Source: Octopus bimaculoides
Taxonomy: Eukaryota
Reading direction: 5' to 3'
Length of the DNA: 64,000 bases
NCBI RefSeq assembly: GCF_001194135.2
Contig: NC_068981.1
Span: 31,269,812 to 31,333,811 of the forward strand
Positions 12,470 to 25,460 of this stretch are shown here, piece by piece (position 1 is the stretch's first letter; the number at the start of each line of letters is the position of its first letter). The notes under the pieces are model-generated. The model saw only the letters and a list, made by a program, of their open reading frames with translations, had not been told where the DNA came from and searched no databases. The translations under genes and the position numbers were made by a program.

Positions 12470-13007
12470 TTACTCTTTTACTCGTTTCAGTCATTTGACT
12501 GCGGCCATGCTGGAGCACGGCCTTTATTCGAGCAAATAGACCCCAGGACTTATTCTTTGTAAGCCTAGTACTTATTCTATCTGACTCTTTTGCCGAACCG
12601 CTAGGTTACGAGGACGTAAACACACCACCATCGGTTGTCAAGCGATGTTGGGGGACAAACACAGACACACAAACACACACACACACANNNNNNNNNNNNN
12701 NNNNNNNNNNNNNNNNNNNNNNNNNNNNNNNNNNNNNNNNNNNNNNNNNNNNNNNNNNNNNNNNNNNNNNNNNNNNNNNNNNNNNNNNNNNNNNNNNNNN
12801 NNNNNNNNNNNNNNNNNNTATATATATGTATGTATACATATATACGATGGGATTCTTTCAGTTTCCGTCTACCAAATCCATTCACAAGGCTTTGGTCGCC
12901 CCGAGGACATAGTAGAAGACACTAGTCCAAGGTGCCACGCAGTGGGAATGAACCTGGAACCATGTGGTTGGTAAGCAAGCAAATTACCACACTGCCACTC
13001 CTGCGCC
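12470..13007 (-). mobile_element. SINE family A copy, full length
   Basis: Head ends ...GCCACTCCTGCGCC at 13007; internal microsatellite with N gap at 12688-12818. Confidence 0.88.
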
Positions 13008-13842
13008 TACTTTTCTTTCCAAAAGTCAGCTCAAAACATTTTCAAACTGAATGCCACACAGCGAATCCCTTCTAAAATCAATCTTCACTTGTCTTTACTC
13101 CCGCAGAATTAATTAAAAAGAAACAAACTAAAGAAGCCCATTAAGGTACTATCTCCGATTCAGGGTCAAATTTTAACTGACATATTTAAAAAGATTACAT
13201 GTTTTAGTCTTGATCTGTTATTTCTCATATCTTACTTCCTTTCTAGACGTGGGCCACGTGACGTGGTGTTTCCTGCTGATGGTCCGCTATCATAGAGGAC
13301 ACAATAGCCTTTAGATTAGAAATAGGAATTTTAAACCAAGGAATAAAGAAGGTGCACAGAATATACGCATTTGTTAATTCTTTTCCTTACACATTATAAA
13401 AGACTTATCTACTTTTGAACTAACATCATTCGTCCAACTCTATCAGCTCTTATATTTTCTGATATCTTTTTCTTTTTCATTTTTTTTTTCAGACATGTCA
13501 CTTAAAATGGGAATTTTCTTTCACTTTCAAACACCGTACTTCATTCATCTTAACTAACTTTACAAGGTGCTAATGTATTGCTGAAATTTAATTGATGTGA
13601 AATGAAGATAAAATTCAAAGTTAAAAAAACCCAAAAAGCAACAACAAAAACAAATGTATTTTAACAGTGCCCAATGGCATTTAAGAGCTAGCTTAGCTTC
13701 TATGGACATTTTAGTTGTAAAAGTGTGATTTTTGCTGGTATTATAGATATACAGAACTGTCAAGTGTGTTCAATAGAAAAGTATGCCGCTATTTTATTTA
13801 CCGCAAAATATAGGAAACAGAAGTGCATATATATATATATAT

Positions 13843-13887
<45 letters not shown>

Positions 13888-14530
13888 TGTATGTATGTGT
13901 GTGATACATAAGCACATATGTACACACACGTGTATATCTACACATACACACATATNNNNNNNNNNNNNNNNNNNNNNNNNNNNNNNNNNNNNNNNNNNNN
14001 NNNNNNNNNNNNNNNNNNNNNNNNNNNNNNNNNNNNNNNNNNNNNNNNNNNNNNNNNNNNNNNNNNNNNNNNNNNNNNNNNNNNNNNNNNNNNNNNNNNN
14101 NNNNNNNNNNNNNNNNNNNNNNNNNNNNNNNNNNNNNNNNNNNNNNNNNNNNNNNNNNNNNNNNNNNNNNNNNNNNNNNNNNNNNNNNNNNNNNNNNNNN
14201 NNNNNNNNNNNNNNNNNNNNNNNNNNNNNNNNNNNNNNNNNNNNNNNNNNNNNNNNNNNNNNNAGCCGTCTCTTCTGAAGATGTTTACATGTAAACAAAA
14301 AAAAAAAAAGTGATACTCTGTAAATCTACACAACTGAATTCAATTAGGTTTTACTTCTTCCCCTACCTTCCCATCCTCCCCTTCCTCCTCCTCCTCCTCC
14401 TCCTCCTTTTCCTAATTCTGCCACTCTCGTCTGCCACTCCGTCTCTGCTACCAACCTCACCTACATGAATTCCCTCACAATCACATTTATTTCCTATCTC
14501 CTGTTTCGATTTATTCGTCAATATCTTCGT

Positions 14531-14580
14531 TCACCAGCATCGCCAGCATCACCAACATCATCACCAGTATCACCTACTGG
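14531..14580. repeat. Imperfect 9-bp minisatellite (CACCAGCAT)
   Basis: caccagcat cgccagcat caccaacat cat caccagtat cacc. Confidence 0.7.
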
Positions 14581-15173
14581 ATCAGCGACGTCACCGTTGT
14601 GGCTATTGCTTCTAACCTACACTTCCTCCTCTTTAGCATCATCGTCGTCGTCGTCGTCGTCGTTTTCTTCTTCAATACCGTTATTGTCAAATTTATGAAA
14701 GTAGGGTGAATTCAAAAGCATGTGTGATTGTCACTTCTGCCAGGTCTAGCTAACCTATGGCTACATGATCCTTTCACGCATCTTCAAAACATGCATAGAT
14801 GCAAACTCAACCTACGAAGTGCAATCGGCATGTTAGATATAGCAAACAGAAGTCCCCTTCAATCATATCGAACCTTCACAAAGAAAGACACGTTTTTAGA
14901 CAATATGATCCGGGATTAGGTTCTCTGAATACAGGGAAAAAAACATAGTGGCCACAGCCGGATTTTGTTTTGACCATGATTCATTCGGTCAGGGAGAATC
15001 TAGGGACGAAGCAACTACATACTGTCAGTTATAGAAGCAGATGATATCTCAAACTCTGCCAGAAGATGCCTACAACTTAACCAATGTTACATGAATCCCT
15101 CAAATGCTTGGTTCACTCTAAAGATTTCTCAAATCCCTTATGTCTCATATTACTAACAACACCCAGCTTGACA

Positions 15174-15486
15174 CCCTGTCTGTGACCACGACTATTGATC
15201 TAGTCGATTCGATCACCGGAACAGTTTGACCGTGTAATTAACGTGAAAGTGGCTGAGCACTCCACAGACAAGCTTATCCTTAACGCAATCCTTAGAGAGA
15301 TTTAGAGTGACACATCGAATGTAACAAGGCTAGCCTATTGAACTACAGGTGCAACTTATTTTTTACCAGCTGACTGGACCGGAGCAACGAAAAATAAAGT
15401 GTCTTGTTCAAGGACTCAAAGCGCTAACGGGAACTGAACTCACGACCTTACGATCGTGAGATGAATACACTAACCACTAAACCACG
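15174..15486 (-). mobile_element. SINE with family C-type head and centre and a different tail
   Basis: On minus: CGTGGTTTAGTGGTTAGTGTATTCATCTCACGATCGTAAGGTCGTGAGTTCAGTTCC (A and B boxes), TTGCTCCGGTCCAGTCAGCTGG centre, tail TCTGTGGAGTGCTCAGCCAC. Confidence 0.72.
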
Positions 15487-16284
15487 AATCTTCACACTAA
15501 CAGCACCAGAAAACAATAAACTCTGATAATTATGAAAATATTATGGAAAATCAACACTTACACATACACATAAAAGGAGTTACACTCCGCATAACATTTA
15601 CAACACATATAAAGATAAATAGTAGAGATAAGGAAATTAACGCATAAACATCGTTAGATTATTGACAGACACATCATCAGCCTATAGAGAAAACCAATAA
15701 CAATCGTTTGGAAAGATAATATTCAGTGTATAATGAATAATATCAAACCTATCTGGAGATCCAAGCTGATGCTATTGAACCGTAATAAACTACGATGAAC
15801 ACAAAATGGCACACTTCATATCGCATCACATCATCATACACAACTTACACGTAGAGTGTACATATAGACCATATATTCAGAGGAACAGATACAAAATACA
15901 AGCAAAGGAATTGTTACGAAAACCCTCGCCATACTAGAAATAGCAGCCAAATCTTTGACCTTCATACACACCGATTTTGGAAGCAAAATATCCTTCAAAC
16001 ATGCACGTTCATCAACAACGTTACCCTATGAAAAGGGTTATTTTTCCTAATATCTCCAAATATACATAAAGAGTATAAAATACACGTAGAAGCGTTTGCA
16101 ACATCAATAGCTTTGCAAATCTCAAACACATGTATACATATTCCAAATACGACTCCGAATGATTTGAAGAACTGAAAGGCAGTGTCGTACAAATCACCAA
16201 TATGTGCAAAGGAACTGCCGTGCAGAAGTAACTCTTTTGTTCTAGCTGCGTTTATCCTCCCTGCATTGACTGAGGCCAACGCCG

Positions 16285-16620
16285 AAATCGACAACACTAG
16301 ATAAATATAACCCTCTTAAGTACGAAATAGCCTGGCTATGGAAAATGAATGAAGTGAATATAGTACCAATTATTGTTGGATCCTTGAGAACAATATCAGA
16401 CGGCACCAAGGGTAATATAAAGGAAATTGGAATAGAGTGCCCAGTAGAATTGTTACAAAAGTTTTGCCTCAATTGGCAAGGCGAAAATAACCAGGGAAGT
16501 ATTAGGTTGCTGAAAAGAATGGATAGCAGGGTACCGTAAGCTGCAGGTAGCAAACCCGCTACGCATGTAAGACTCCAGGAGCCCTAACAAAATCTGTGAT
16601 AAAGAGCCTCTTTTTGTGAC
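16285..16620 (+). mobile_element. 3' end of an RLE-type non-LTR retrotransposon
   Basis: Plus frame LDKYNPLKYEIAWLWKMNEVNIVPIIVGSLRTIS...IKEIGIECPVELLQK matches the KY..LK.EI.RLW......PI.VG.LG...LQK C-terminus of R4/NeSL-type ORFs. Confidence 0.72.
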
Positions 16621-16759
16621 TGATACTTGTCTGGGGTTGTGACCGTACTGATAAAAATGAGACTGACTACCATTTATATACCATATTTAACGTAATTTTA
16701 ATTAATTACAATTTTAGTTTTGTCTTCCATTTTACGAGAATGTGTCATTTATATAGTGT

Positions 16760-17043
16760 TCTAACCACAGTACGTTTTAATTAATGAAATTTTCTTGGTT
16801 TAGACATGTTTTTGTGCGGCCCTCGACGAGTTTCTAGGTTACTAATTTCATACTAAGACAGATAATATTTTAAACTGAGACAAATAAACTTTCATACTAA
16901 AACAAATAAAATTAAGAACTGCAAAAAATTCAGTGTAAAGTGGGCAAGTAATATTTCATGCATATGTGTTTGATCATACGGCCCTCTCTCACTTAGAAAT
17001 GTTACGATGCGGCCCCCAGTTGAAGAAAAGTCGCCCATTGCTG
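16760..17043. mobile_element. Probable right terminus of a hAT-type DNA transposon
   Basis: Ends ...GAAAAGTCGCCCATTGCTG (reverse CAGCAATGGGCGAC, resembling CAGGGGTGGGCAA hAT TIRs). Three subterminal (G)CGGCCC motifs near 16817, 16978 and 17009, typical of Charlie-like ends. Left end not identified. Confidence 0.5.
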
Positions 17044-17109
17044 TACATCATCAATTTTAGCAGCGCTTACTTCGCATAGAAAACAATTCCAACTAGAGAA
17101 TCGAACATA

Positions 17110-17237
17110 TTAAACAAGAAACAACACATTGGATAATATTGTCTTAAAATATTGTATAAATCACAGGGTGGTCATGGTTGGGATACATTTGGTCAGAGGT
17201 TTGCTGAATCAAGATTGACGAAGAGATAAATCAAACC
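17110..17237 (+). repeat. Old interspersed repeat (family D); similar segments at about 14850-15015 and 57790-57955
   Basis: All three share a weak motif order ACACATTGGATAAT...GG(T)CA(T/C)(G/A)GCTGG...TTTG.TCA.AGGT...TCAGGG.TGAC. By-eye identity is low. Confidence 0.35.
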
Positions 17238-17669
17238 AATAACAGCAGATAAAGAAATAGAGCTAAATGCGAATGAAATATTTTATATATATTTTCAGTA
17301 TGTTTACATCACTTCATGATACTGAATGTTTAATGTGTTTATTCAAAATATAACAGAGCAACGGAAGAGTGCCTTGGAGTTGTATTTAAGAATAAGTGAG
17401 AACTTCTTCAAGGCAAAGCTTATGTGAGATAAGTCGCAAATTAAGAAACGTTGGCTTGGAGACAGAATTAGTAGACTTACGTAATACGAAAAGATTTTGA
17501 ATCCTGGGAAACTTGAAGAATTTACATGGTATTTGAATACTATTTGTTCTCCAAACTTTATGACATGGCAGAAAGAGTAAATCTCCAGATTATGAAATAT
17601 TTAATGATAAAGTGGTCGTTAGTGAACTTGATAAAATAACCTAAGCAATTTTAATTAATTAAATGAAAT

Positions 17670-17850
17670 AAAACCTTGTGAGTGAATGCAGTAGACGGAA
17701 ACTGTGCGTATATACATATTAGATACGTGTGTATTTGTATGTCTTTGTTTGTGTATCTCACACTGCCATCACTTGACGACCGGTGTTGCTTTGTTTACAC
17801 TTCGTATTTTAACGGTTCAGCAAAAGAATCGATAGAATAAGTACCAAATT
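17670..17850 (+). mobile_element. SINE family A, partial
   Basis: CCTTGTGAGTGAATGCAGTAGACGGAAACTG...CTTGACGACCGGTG...GATAGAATAAGTACC. Confidence 0.7.
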
Positions 17851-18740
17851 AAAAAAAAATTGAAGCCAGTTCTACCGAAACAAGACCATGTGGTGTAAAT
17901 GAATGTCAAGCCTCTCATCTGCTACTGAAAAAATAACTCAACAATCCTGAGAGGCTAAAGAATGGAATATTATTTGTTCTTTTGGTTAAGGCAACACAAT
18001 AAGAGGTAAGCTCGAAATGTACCGAGATCATGATCTGCATTATACTTCAATGGAAGCGTCAAGATAGTGAAATGTTTTATGACGATGGATAACTAGTTAA
18101 GGAATCGGTGTTTTATAACATCCTATCAACTAGGTTTTGGGAACAAAATGTCTCGGTTTTAAGGCTGGGTCCATGTATATCTAAATTAGCTTAATGGTGT
18201 TGTTTAACAGTATCCTAAATTTGTTTGAGCAGACCCGTTATAAAAGACACGCCAAACACGGCTTAATTTATCTAATGCGCTGGTGTATCTCAAGCAACAT
18301 GGTTAGAGTATAGAATAAGACAATGTCTGTGTGGTTAAATGGCAACAGATAATTAGATAGACATATATACATACATACATACATACATACAAACAGACAG
18401 ACAGACAGATAGAGAGATAGATATGCAGATCGATAGATACATAGACAGACAGGCAGACAGATGGGTAGATAGGTAGATAGGTAGATAGGTAGATATATAT
18501 ATATATATATATATANNNNNNNNNNNNNNNNNNNNNNNNNNNNNNNNNNNNNNNNNNNNNNNNNNNNNNNNNNNNNNNNNNNNNNNNNNNNNNNNNNNNN
18601 NNNNNNNNNNNNNNNNNNNNNNNNNNNNNNNNNNNNNNNNNNNNNNNNNNNNNNNNNNNNNNNNNNNNNNNNNNNNNNNNNNNNNNNNNNNNNNNNNNNN
18701 NNNNNNNNNNNNNNNNNNNNNNNNNNNNNNNNNNNNNNNN

Positions 18741-18818
<78 letters not shown>

Positions 18819-19009
18819 AGATATATAGACAGATAGATAGATAGATAGATAGATAGAAAAACATTTCTCAATCTGCCCGGCGTCTGTCAATCTGTCTAGT
18901 TATAGCTCTCACACTGACATAAGAAAACCTATAACAAATTAAACTTCCTACAATTTATCACATGGTCTTCTCCTACTAAAGTATTTAGTCCCACACGTAG
19001 TATCCTATT

Positions 19010-19420
19010 CTAGACTAATGCATCCTCTCGAGGGCTGTAGCTCTAAATTGACTAATGTTCTGACATGTGCCAATGCATGCAGTTTGTTTACCTGGTTCAA
19101 ACAAATCCACTGTGTTGGAAGTATACTCCGTCAGAATGTCTGACTCTAGTCAACCAGAAGTAATCTTCTAATATGGACTTGCAAATTGAGAGTGTTGTGT
19201 TTGAGCCACTGGAAAAAGATTAAAAGATGAATTGGGCGCAAACTTAAAAGACTGCAGGATCAACCAATATTGGGGAAAAGATCTTGCCGAACACAAACTG
19301 TATTAAATGCAACTGGCACAACGTGCTCCAAATTATCTGAATTTTTAAAAATCGCTGTCGCATAAGCCACAAGAAATTCTCTGCGAGAATAGGGATTTCA
19401 AGACAGCAGGACCCGTAAAC
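19010..19420 (+). mobile_element. Degenerate RTE-type LINE 3' fragment
   Basis: Plus frame reads VRMSDSSQPEVIF*YGLAN...KRLKDELGANLKDCRINQYWGKDLAEHK, resembling the RTE motif VRM.D.R.PK.I.Y..L..G.R..G...KRFKD.LK..LK.C.I. Many stops. Confidence 0.55.
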
Positions 19421-20218
19421 AATCCTCTTCTGTTTTCTTTCTTATTGCCTTTCATTCATTCATTGATTCATTTTCTCTTTCTCTTATGTTCAGCAGATAC
19501 TAGTTTACCGACAAATTTAACGGACAACATGCATACGTATATAAATACACAGAGACACACACACATACACACACACACACACACAAACACAAACACATAC
19601 ATACCCAACACATATCCAGAGAGAGAGAGGGATGGGGAGAATTTAAAGCACGTTTTCGGAATTTGGAAAAAACCTGTGATATTTAATTATGTCAAACATT
19701 ATTTACCTATAAATGTAATTATTGAAGGTTTTTCAGTATCATTATCCGTATGATTATATTGTTGTCTATATAGATTATGTAATTTCATAATGATTTGTAC
19801 GTGTGTAAATTTGAACGTGTAATTTATTTATTTAAAAGTGAAACAACCGTAGTCCTACTTTATATATATGTGCCTGCAAGACCCATTCTATAGAATGAAT
19901 ATTGCATGTAGTTACATAGTAGCATTATCATACATGAATGGACATATCACAATATATAGAACTAAGTAGGTTAGAAAGAACAAACCTAAGTTACTCCAGA
20001 GCAGTATATTTCTTTTTCGAAGAATTGCTCAAACTTCTAAGTGAAAGGATAAACAAGGGAAAAAATATGAAATATATGAGCGTTTGGAGGCCTATAATTA
20101 CAGTATGTATGTATTATAATACATACACATATACATACATACCTGCATACATACATGCATATATAGGTATGCATGTGTATATATATATGTGTGTATATAA
20201 ATATATGTATATATATGT

Positions 20219-21556
20219 TACTCTTTACTCTTTTACTTGTTTCAGTCATTTGACTGTGGCCATGCTGGAGCACCGCCTTTAGTCGAGCAAATCTCCCCCA
20301 GGACTTATTCATTGTAAGCCTAGTACTTATTTTATCGGTCTCTTTTGCCGAACCGCTAAGTTACGGGGACATAAACACAACAGCATCGGTTGTCAAGTGA
20401 TGTTGTGGGGACAAATACAGACACAAAAACATATGCATACATTCATACATATATACATATATACNNNNNNNNNNNNNNNNNNNNNNNNNNNNNNNNNNNN
20501 NNNNNNNNNNNNNNNNNNNNNNNNNNNNNNNNNNNNNNNNNNNNNNNNNNNNNNNNNNNNNNNNNNNNNNNNNNNNNNNNNNNNNNNNNNNNNNNNNNNN
20601 NNNNNNNNNNNNNNNNNNNNNNNNNNNNNNNNNNNNNNNNNNNNNNNNNNNNNNNNNNNNNNNNNNNNNNNNNNNNNNNNNNNNNNNNNNNNNNNNNNNN
20701 NNNNNNNNNNNNNNNNNNNNNNNNNNNNNNNNNNNNNNNNNNNNNNNNNNNNNNNNNNNNNNNNNNNNNNNNNNNNNNNNNNNNNNNNNNNNNNNNNNNN
20801 NNNNNNNNNNNNNNNNNNNNNNNNNNNNNNNNNNNNNNNNNNNNNNNNNNNNNNNNNNNNNNNNNNNNNNNNNNNNNNNNNNNNNNNNNNNNNNNNNNNN
20901 NNNNNNNNNNNNNNNNNNNNNNNNNNNNNNNNNNNNNNNNNNNNNNNNNNNNNNNNNNNNNNNNNNNNNNNNNNNNNNNNNNNNNNNNNNNNNNNNNNNN
21001 NNNNNNNNNNNNNNNNNNNNNNNNNNNNNNNNNNNNNNNNNNNNNNNNNNNNNNNNNNNNNNNNNNNNNNNNNNNNNNNNNNNNNNNNNNNNNNNNNNNN
21101 NNNNNNNNNNNNNNNNNNNNNNNNNNNNNNNNNNNNNNNNNNNNNNNNNNNNNNNNNNNNNNNNNNNNNNNNNNNNNNNNNNNNNNNNNNNNNNNNNNNN
21201 NNNNNNNNNNNNNNNNNNNNNNNNNNNNNNNNNNNNNNNNNNNNNNNNNNNNNNNNNNNNNNNNNNNNNNNNNNNNNNNNNNNNNNNNNNNNNNNNNNNN
21301 NNNNNNNNNNNNNNNNNNNNNNNNNNNNNNNNNNNNNNNNNNNNNNNNNNNNNNNNNNNNNNNNNNNNNNNNNNNNNNNNNNNNNNNNNNNNNNNNNNNA
21401 TATATATACGACGGGCTTCTTTCAGTTTCCATCTACCAAATCCGCTCACAAAGATTGGTTGGCCCGAGGCTATATTAGAAGACACTTGCCCAAAGTACCA
21501 TCCTGTGGGACTAAACCCGCGACCGTATGGTTTGTAAGCAAGCTACTTACCACGCA
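20219..21556 (-). mobile_element. SINE family A copy spanning a 935-N gap
   Basis: Tail at 20219-20460 and head half at 21400-21556 are collinear with other copies. Confidence 0.82.
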
Positions 21557-21838
21557 CACATGCGTACACGCACCCGCACACACACACACACACGCACACA
21601 TACACATACACACACACACACACCACACACACATAAACAAAGTGGCTAGTTGTAAAATCTCATGAAGAGATCAGAGTGGTATGTCGCCACATCAAAGTGG
21701 CTCTTCCATATTAGAACCAGTTTAAACCCAGGCAGATCTTCCACTAGCTGGTTATCGATGCGGCGCTGCAACCTTTATATACAAAATATATGTTAGCAGG
21801 GGGAGCAAACTCCTTTCATCACCTAACAGACAAGAAGA

Positions 21839-21887
21839 TCGCGACACAAACTCAGTATCGAGCTGGCTGGTTCATCTTCAGTCGCGA
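21839..21887 (-). ncRNA. Second degenerate hammerhead-like motif
   Basis: Minus: TCGCGA-CTGAAGA-T-GA(ACCAGCCAGC)TC-GATA-C(TGAGTTT)G-T-G-TCGCGA. Perfect 6-bp stem I but two core mismatches. Confidence 0.35.
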
Positions 21888-21909
21888 GTACCTGGTCGTG
21901 ATATACACA

Positions 21910-23164
21910 CAGGGGTTGGACAAAATAAAGTAAACACCTTAAAATTTCAAACAAATTTACTTTAATATGGGGTAGCACTACTTTTGGGAGTAATTACAAC
22001 TTGTATTCTACGAGGTATGGACTCGTACAAAGTTTGAACTGTTTCTAAAGGAATTTTTGTCCATTCTTCAACTAAAACAGATGGTGGAGGATATCGACTC
22101 CTTACTTGTTTTTTCTAAAATGTACCACAAATGTTCAATAATATTGAGATCTGGTGACTGTGGTGGCCAGATAAGAAGTTCAACTTCACTTGAATGTTCT
22201 TCGTGCCATTCAGTAACAACTTTAGCTGTGTGAATTGGTGCATTATCATCCTGAGAGATTGCGTTTCCCTCCGGAAACAGTTCCACAACCATAGGATGAA
22301 TTTGATCAGATAAAATATTTAAATTGTCTTGACTATTAATTCTGCCATGAAAGTAAACCATTGGGCCGGCGGATTTCCAAGATATAGCCCCCGAAATCAT
22401 CACAGATCCTCCTCCGTGTTTAACAGTTGGAAAAAGGCAGGCTGGGTCAAATGTTTCTTTTGACCGTCTCCACACGTATACTCGGCCGATGGTCGGGAAT
22501 AAGGTGAAGGATGACTCGTCCGAGAAAATAACATTCTTCCACTGCTCTAGAGACCAATTCCGTAGGTTTTTAATCCACTCTAAACGCTTTGCAACTTTTG
22601 TTATTGAAAGTGGTGGTTTTCTGATTGTAAGCCCTCCCATGAAATCCGGCTTTGTGCAGCTCCCGGCGAACAGTTTTTGTGGAAACTGGATTCTCGAGGT
22701 GGTCAGTACGCTCTTGTGTAATTTTGGGAGCTGTACTTTTGTGATCCTTTCTAACAATTCGCGTAATAGTCCGACGATCCCTATCTTAAAGTTTTGGTTT
22801 TCTTCGGAGTTTTGTTTCGACGAGGGTCTTTTTACCCTCTTTCTCAAAGATTGTCATTACTTTCGAGATAATACTCCTTAATACACCAACCATTTCGGCT
22901 GTTTTCGTTACAATAGTGTCTGCCATACGAGCACCAACAATTTGACCTATTTGAAAGTCCGATAGATCTGTCATTTTAATGAACTTTAATTACCTTTTTC
23001 TGATGATATCTGAAAGGAACTGCAATTTTAGCAAAACACATTAAGCAACACTAATAATAAATCAAAAGAACATAAAAAATAAACAAGCTTTTGACGGTTT
23101 TATACATATTTCAAAATTATGATGCTATGATGCAAGGTGTTTCTATTATTTTGTCCAACCCTTG
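21910..23164 (-). mobile_element. Tc1/mariner DNA transposon with DD36E spacing (Incomer-like), near full length, frameshifted transposase 21962-22974
   Basis: 31-bp TIRs at 21910-21940 (CAGGGGTTGGACAAAATAAAGTAAACACCTT) and 23134-23164 match at 27/31; TA follows the right end. Transposase motifs: N-terminal MTDLSDFQIGQIVGARMA, VIFSDES, KHGGGSVMISG, QDDNAPIH...WPPQSPDLNIIEHLW, with 36 residues between the second D and the E. Several frameshifts. Confidence 0.93.
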
Positions 23165-23179
23165 TATATTATCGTCTAA

Positions 23180-24048
23180 AATATTGTCGTCTAAATTACG
23201 CAAAAATGAAAATAACACCGACATCTCATTTTAACAGATATATTTAACAAAATTACATTAAAATATCTTGAAGTACTAAAGAGTAAATTTATTTAATAAA
23301 ATCACCATTGGCTTCAACCACAGCCTCCAGACGACTTTGGAATATCCTTCAACTCTTCTGGACGGTTTCCTTGTTTAAGTTGGTGAATGCTGCCATAATC
23401 CTTGCAGTTCATCTTTGGTGTTACAAGGAGTTTTGTTGGTCTCTCGCTCAATTGCGCCACAAAAATAATAATCAAAGGGTTGCAGACTGAGGAGTTAGGT
23501 GGTCAGACGTTAGAGGTGATGTGGTCACAGAAATTGTCTGACAGCCATGACTCTGTTCTCCTGATTATGTGGCATGGTGCAGAGTCCTGTTGCCAGACAT
23601 GGGGTTTCCAGCAGCCACTCTCTTGACCCAGGACAACACTACCTCCTCCAGGCACTTAATGTAGGCCTCCGTGTTGAGTCTGAGGCCGTGTGGGAATATA
23701 AATGGAGGCATAACGTCTCCATCACTAGCGATCACTCCAAACACCATGATTTTGACTGGATGTTTAATTTTTATCGCTCTCAGTACATATTTTGGTGACA
23801 CGGCAAGGCAAGGGTTGTTCTATGTGTTCACCATCTGTTCGTATTGGAGCTCCCGGCGCGAACGCCAAGCAGTACAGCATGCTGTTTCCAAATTTCTAGC
23901 AGAATGAATTGCGCCATGATGCTATTTTTTTCTCACAGACGGTGCCCAGCTGACACTACTAAACTGTGTAGTTGACAAAAAAAAAGGGACAAGGCACATC
24001 TGTGAAATTAAAGATATAAGATAGCGACAAGTTACCCATCACACCCTG
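23180..24048 (-). mobile_element. Internally deleted Tc1/mariner element, DD37D (maT)-type
   Basis: Right end reads TA|CAGGGTGTGATGGGTAACTTGTCG on minus; only a remnant (ATTGTCG) of the left TIR remains. Pseudo-transposase: MAQFILLEIWKQHAVLLGVRAGSSNTN, then a deletion, then KHPVKIMVFGVIASDGDVMPPFIFPHGLRLNTEAY...WQQDSAPCH...(37 aa)...DYY..GAIERETNKTPCNTKDEL. Stops and frameshifts present. Confidence 0.85.
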
Positions 24049-24123
24049 TATTTATATATGCGTGTTTGTGTAAATATATATATATATATACACAGTATAC
24101 ACACAGTGTGAATATAATATATA

Positions 24124-24159
<36 letters not shown>

Positions 24160-24699
24160 TGTATGTATAAGGGAGCGAGCAAATAAGTTTAACGCACTCT
24201 CTTAATGACTTGTAAAGCAATTAGAATACAGCCAGTGACTGTAACACAATAAAGACAAAATGAGGTCTGTAGGATGACAAATATTGGTTTTCTGTTGTGC
24301 TAAGGAAGTGACCATATGTTACCGTTTTACTTTGAAGTGGAATGGTACTAGACATAAGGGATAAGTAATTGCTAATGTTTATCATTTTATGACATTATTA
24401 TCTTAGAATGTTCGTTTACTTTCTTAAAATTCGAGAGGAGTCAATAGTTTATGATGGAGTAAGTACGGTGTTTCTTTATTTCTATTTCCATTAATTTCTT
24501 TTTTGTATTTTTCTTCATTTGTATATCTTTTTTATTAGTGTATTCTTTGTTAATGGAATGCAAAAAGTAACATCATGGGACAGGTATAAAACAAAGACAA
24601 ATTAAAGATGATCTAACAGTGAGTTGAAGTCTACTCACTAGAAGACGCAAATGTGTACAGCTATTGTTGGATCATATTAATGCATAGAGCATTCTTGCC

Positions 24700-25030
24700 A
24701 TATGTGGAAATCACGGCCTACAAAGAGAAAGATGCGGTATAAGCAAATCCCAGAAAGAATCACGGGAATGAAGTTTGCAAAATTCTGTGGAATGCAATGA
24801 TTCAGTGCGATTACCTGACCAGATTTCGGAAACCGGACATTGTTGTAGTGAATAAAAAAGAAACAGCATGCATGACAATCGACATAGCATGTCTCGGTGA
24901 CAACAGGATCAACGAAAAAGAATAAAAACTGAACAACTACGACGATTTGGGAAGTACAAACATTATGGTCTAAGATGAGAGCAGACGTGATACCAATAGT
25001 AATTGGCGTGCTTGGAAGTAACACCACTCT
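24700..25030 (+). mobile_element. Fragment of an RLE-type (R4/NeSL-like) non-LTR retrotransposon, restriction-like endonuclease domain
   Basis: Plus frame KILWNAMIQCDYLTRFRKPDIVVVNKKETACMTIDIACLGDNRINEKE*KLNNYDDL shows the RKPD...IDIAC.GD...K catalytic pattern of REL endonucleases. Confidence 0.8.
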
Positions 25031-25205
25031 ACTGCCAACGTAACTGAAAACGATTGCTACAAGTCCCTGTTAGTGTATATGTTTTCATTCATCTGCGTTA
25101 CAGCGTTTTAGCTCTCATTTCTAGCAATGTAGTTGTTTTCTAACACCCTAGTCGCATTTAGTGACGTTTCTAATTCTCCTCTATGGTGAAATATTGGAAA
25201 CCGTT

Positions 25206-25386
25206 CTTTTATTCTTTTATTTGTTTCACTCATTTGACTGCGGCCATGGACTTATTCTTTGTAAGCCTAGTACTTTTGCATCGGTGCCTTTTGCCGAATT
25301 GCAAAGTTATGGGGACGTAAACACACCAGCATCGGTTGTCAAGCGATGGGGTGGGGGCAAAAACACTGACACACAAACACATACAT

Positions 25387-25460
<74 letters not shown>

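Noticed and set aside
13254-13266. CCACGTGACGTGG E-box/CRE composite (similar short motifs at about 5807, 11550 and 58211)
   Set aside because: Short motifs of this kind are expected by chance in 64 kb, and no promoter context is evident.
14275-14315. CTGAAGA-T-GTTTACATGTAAAC-AAAA half hammerhead
   Set aside because: No G12, stem III or stem I; it runs into poly-A next to a gap.
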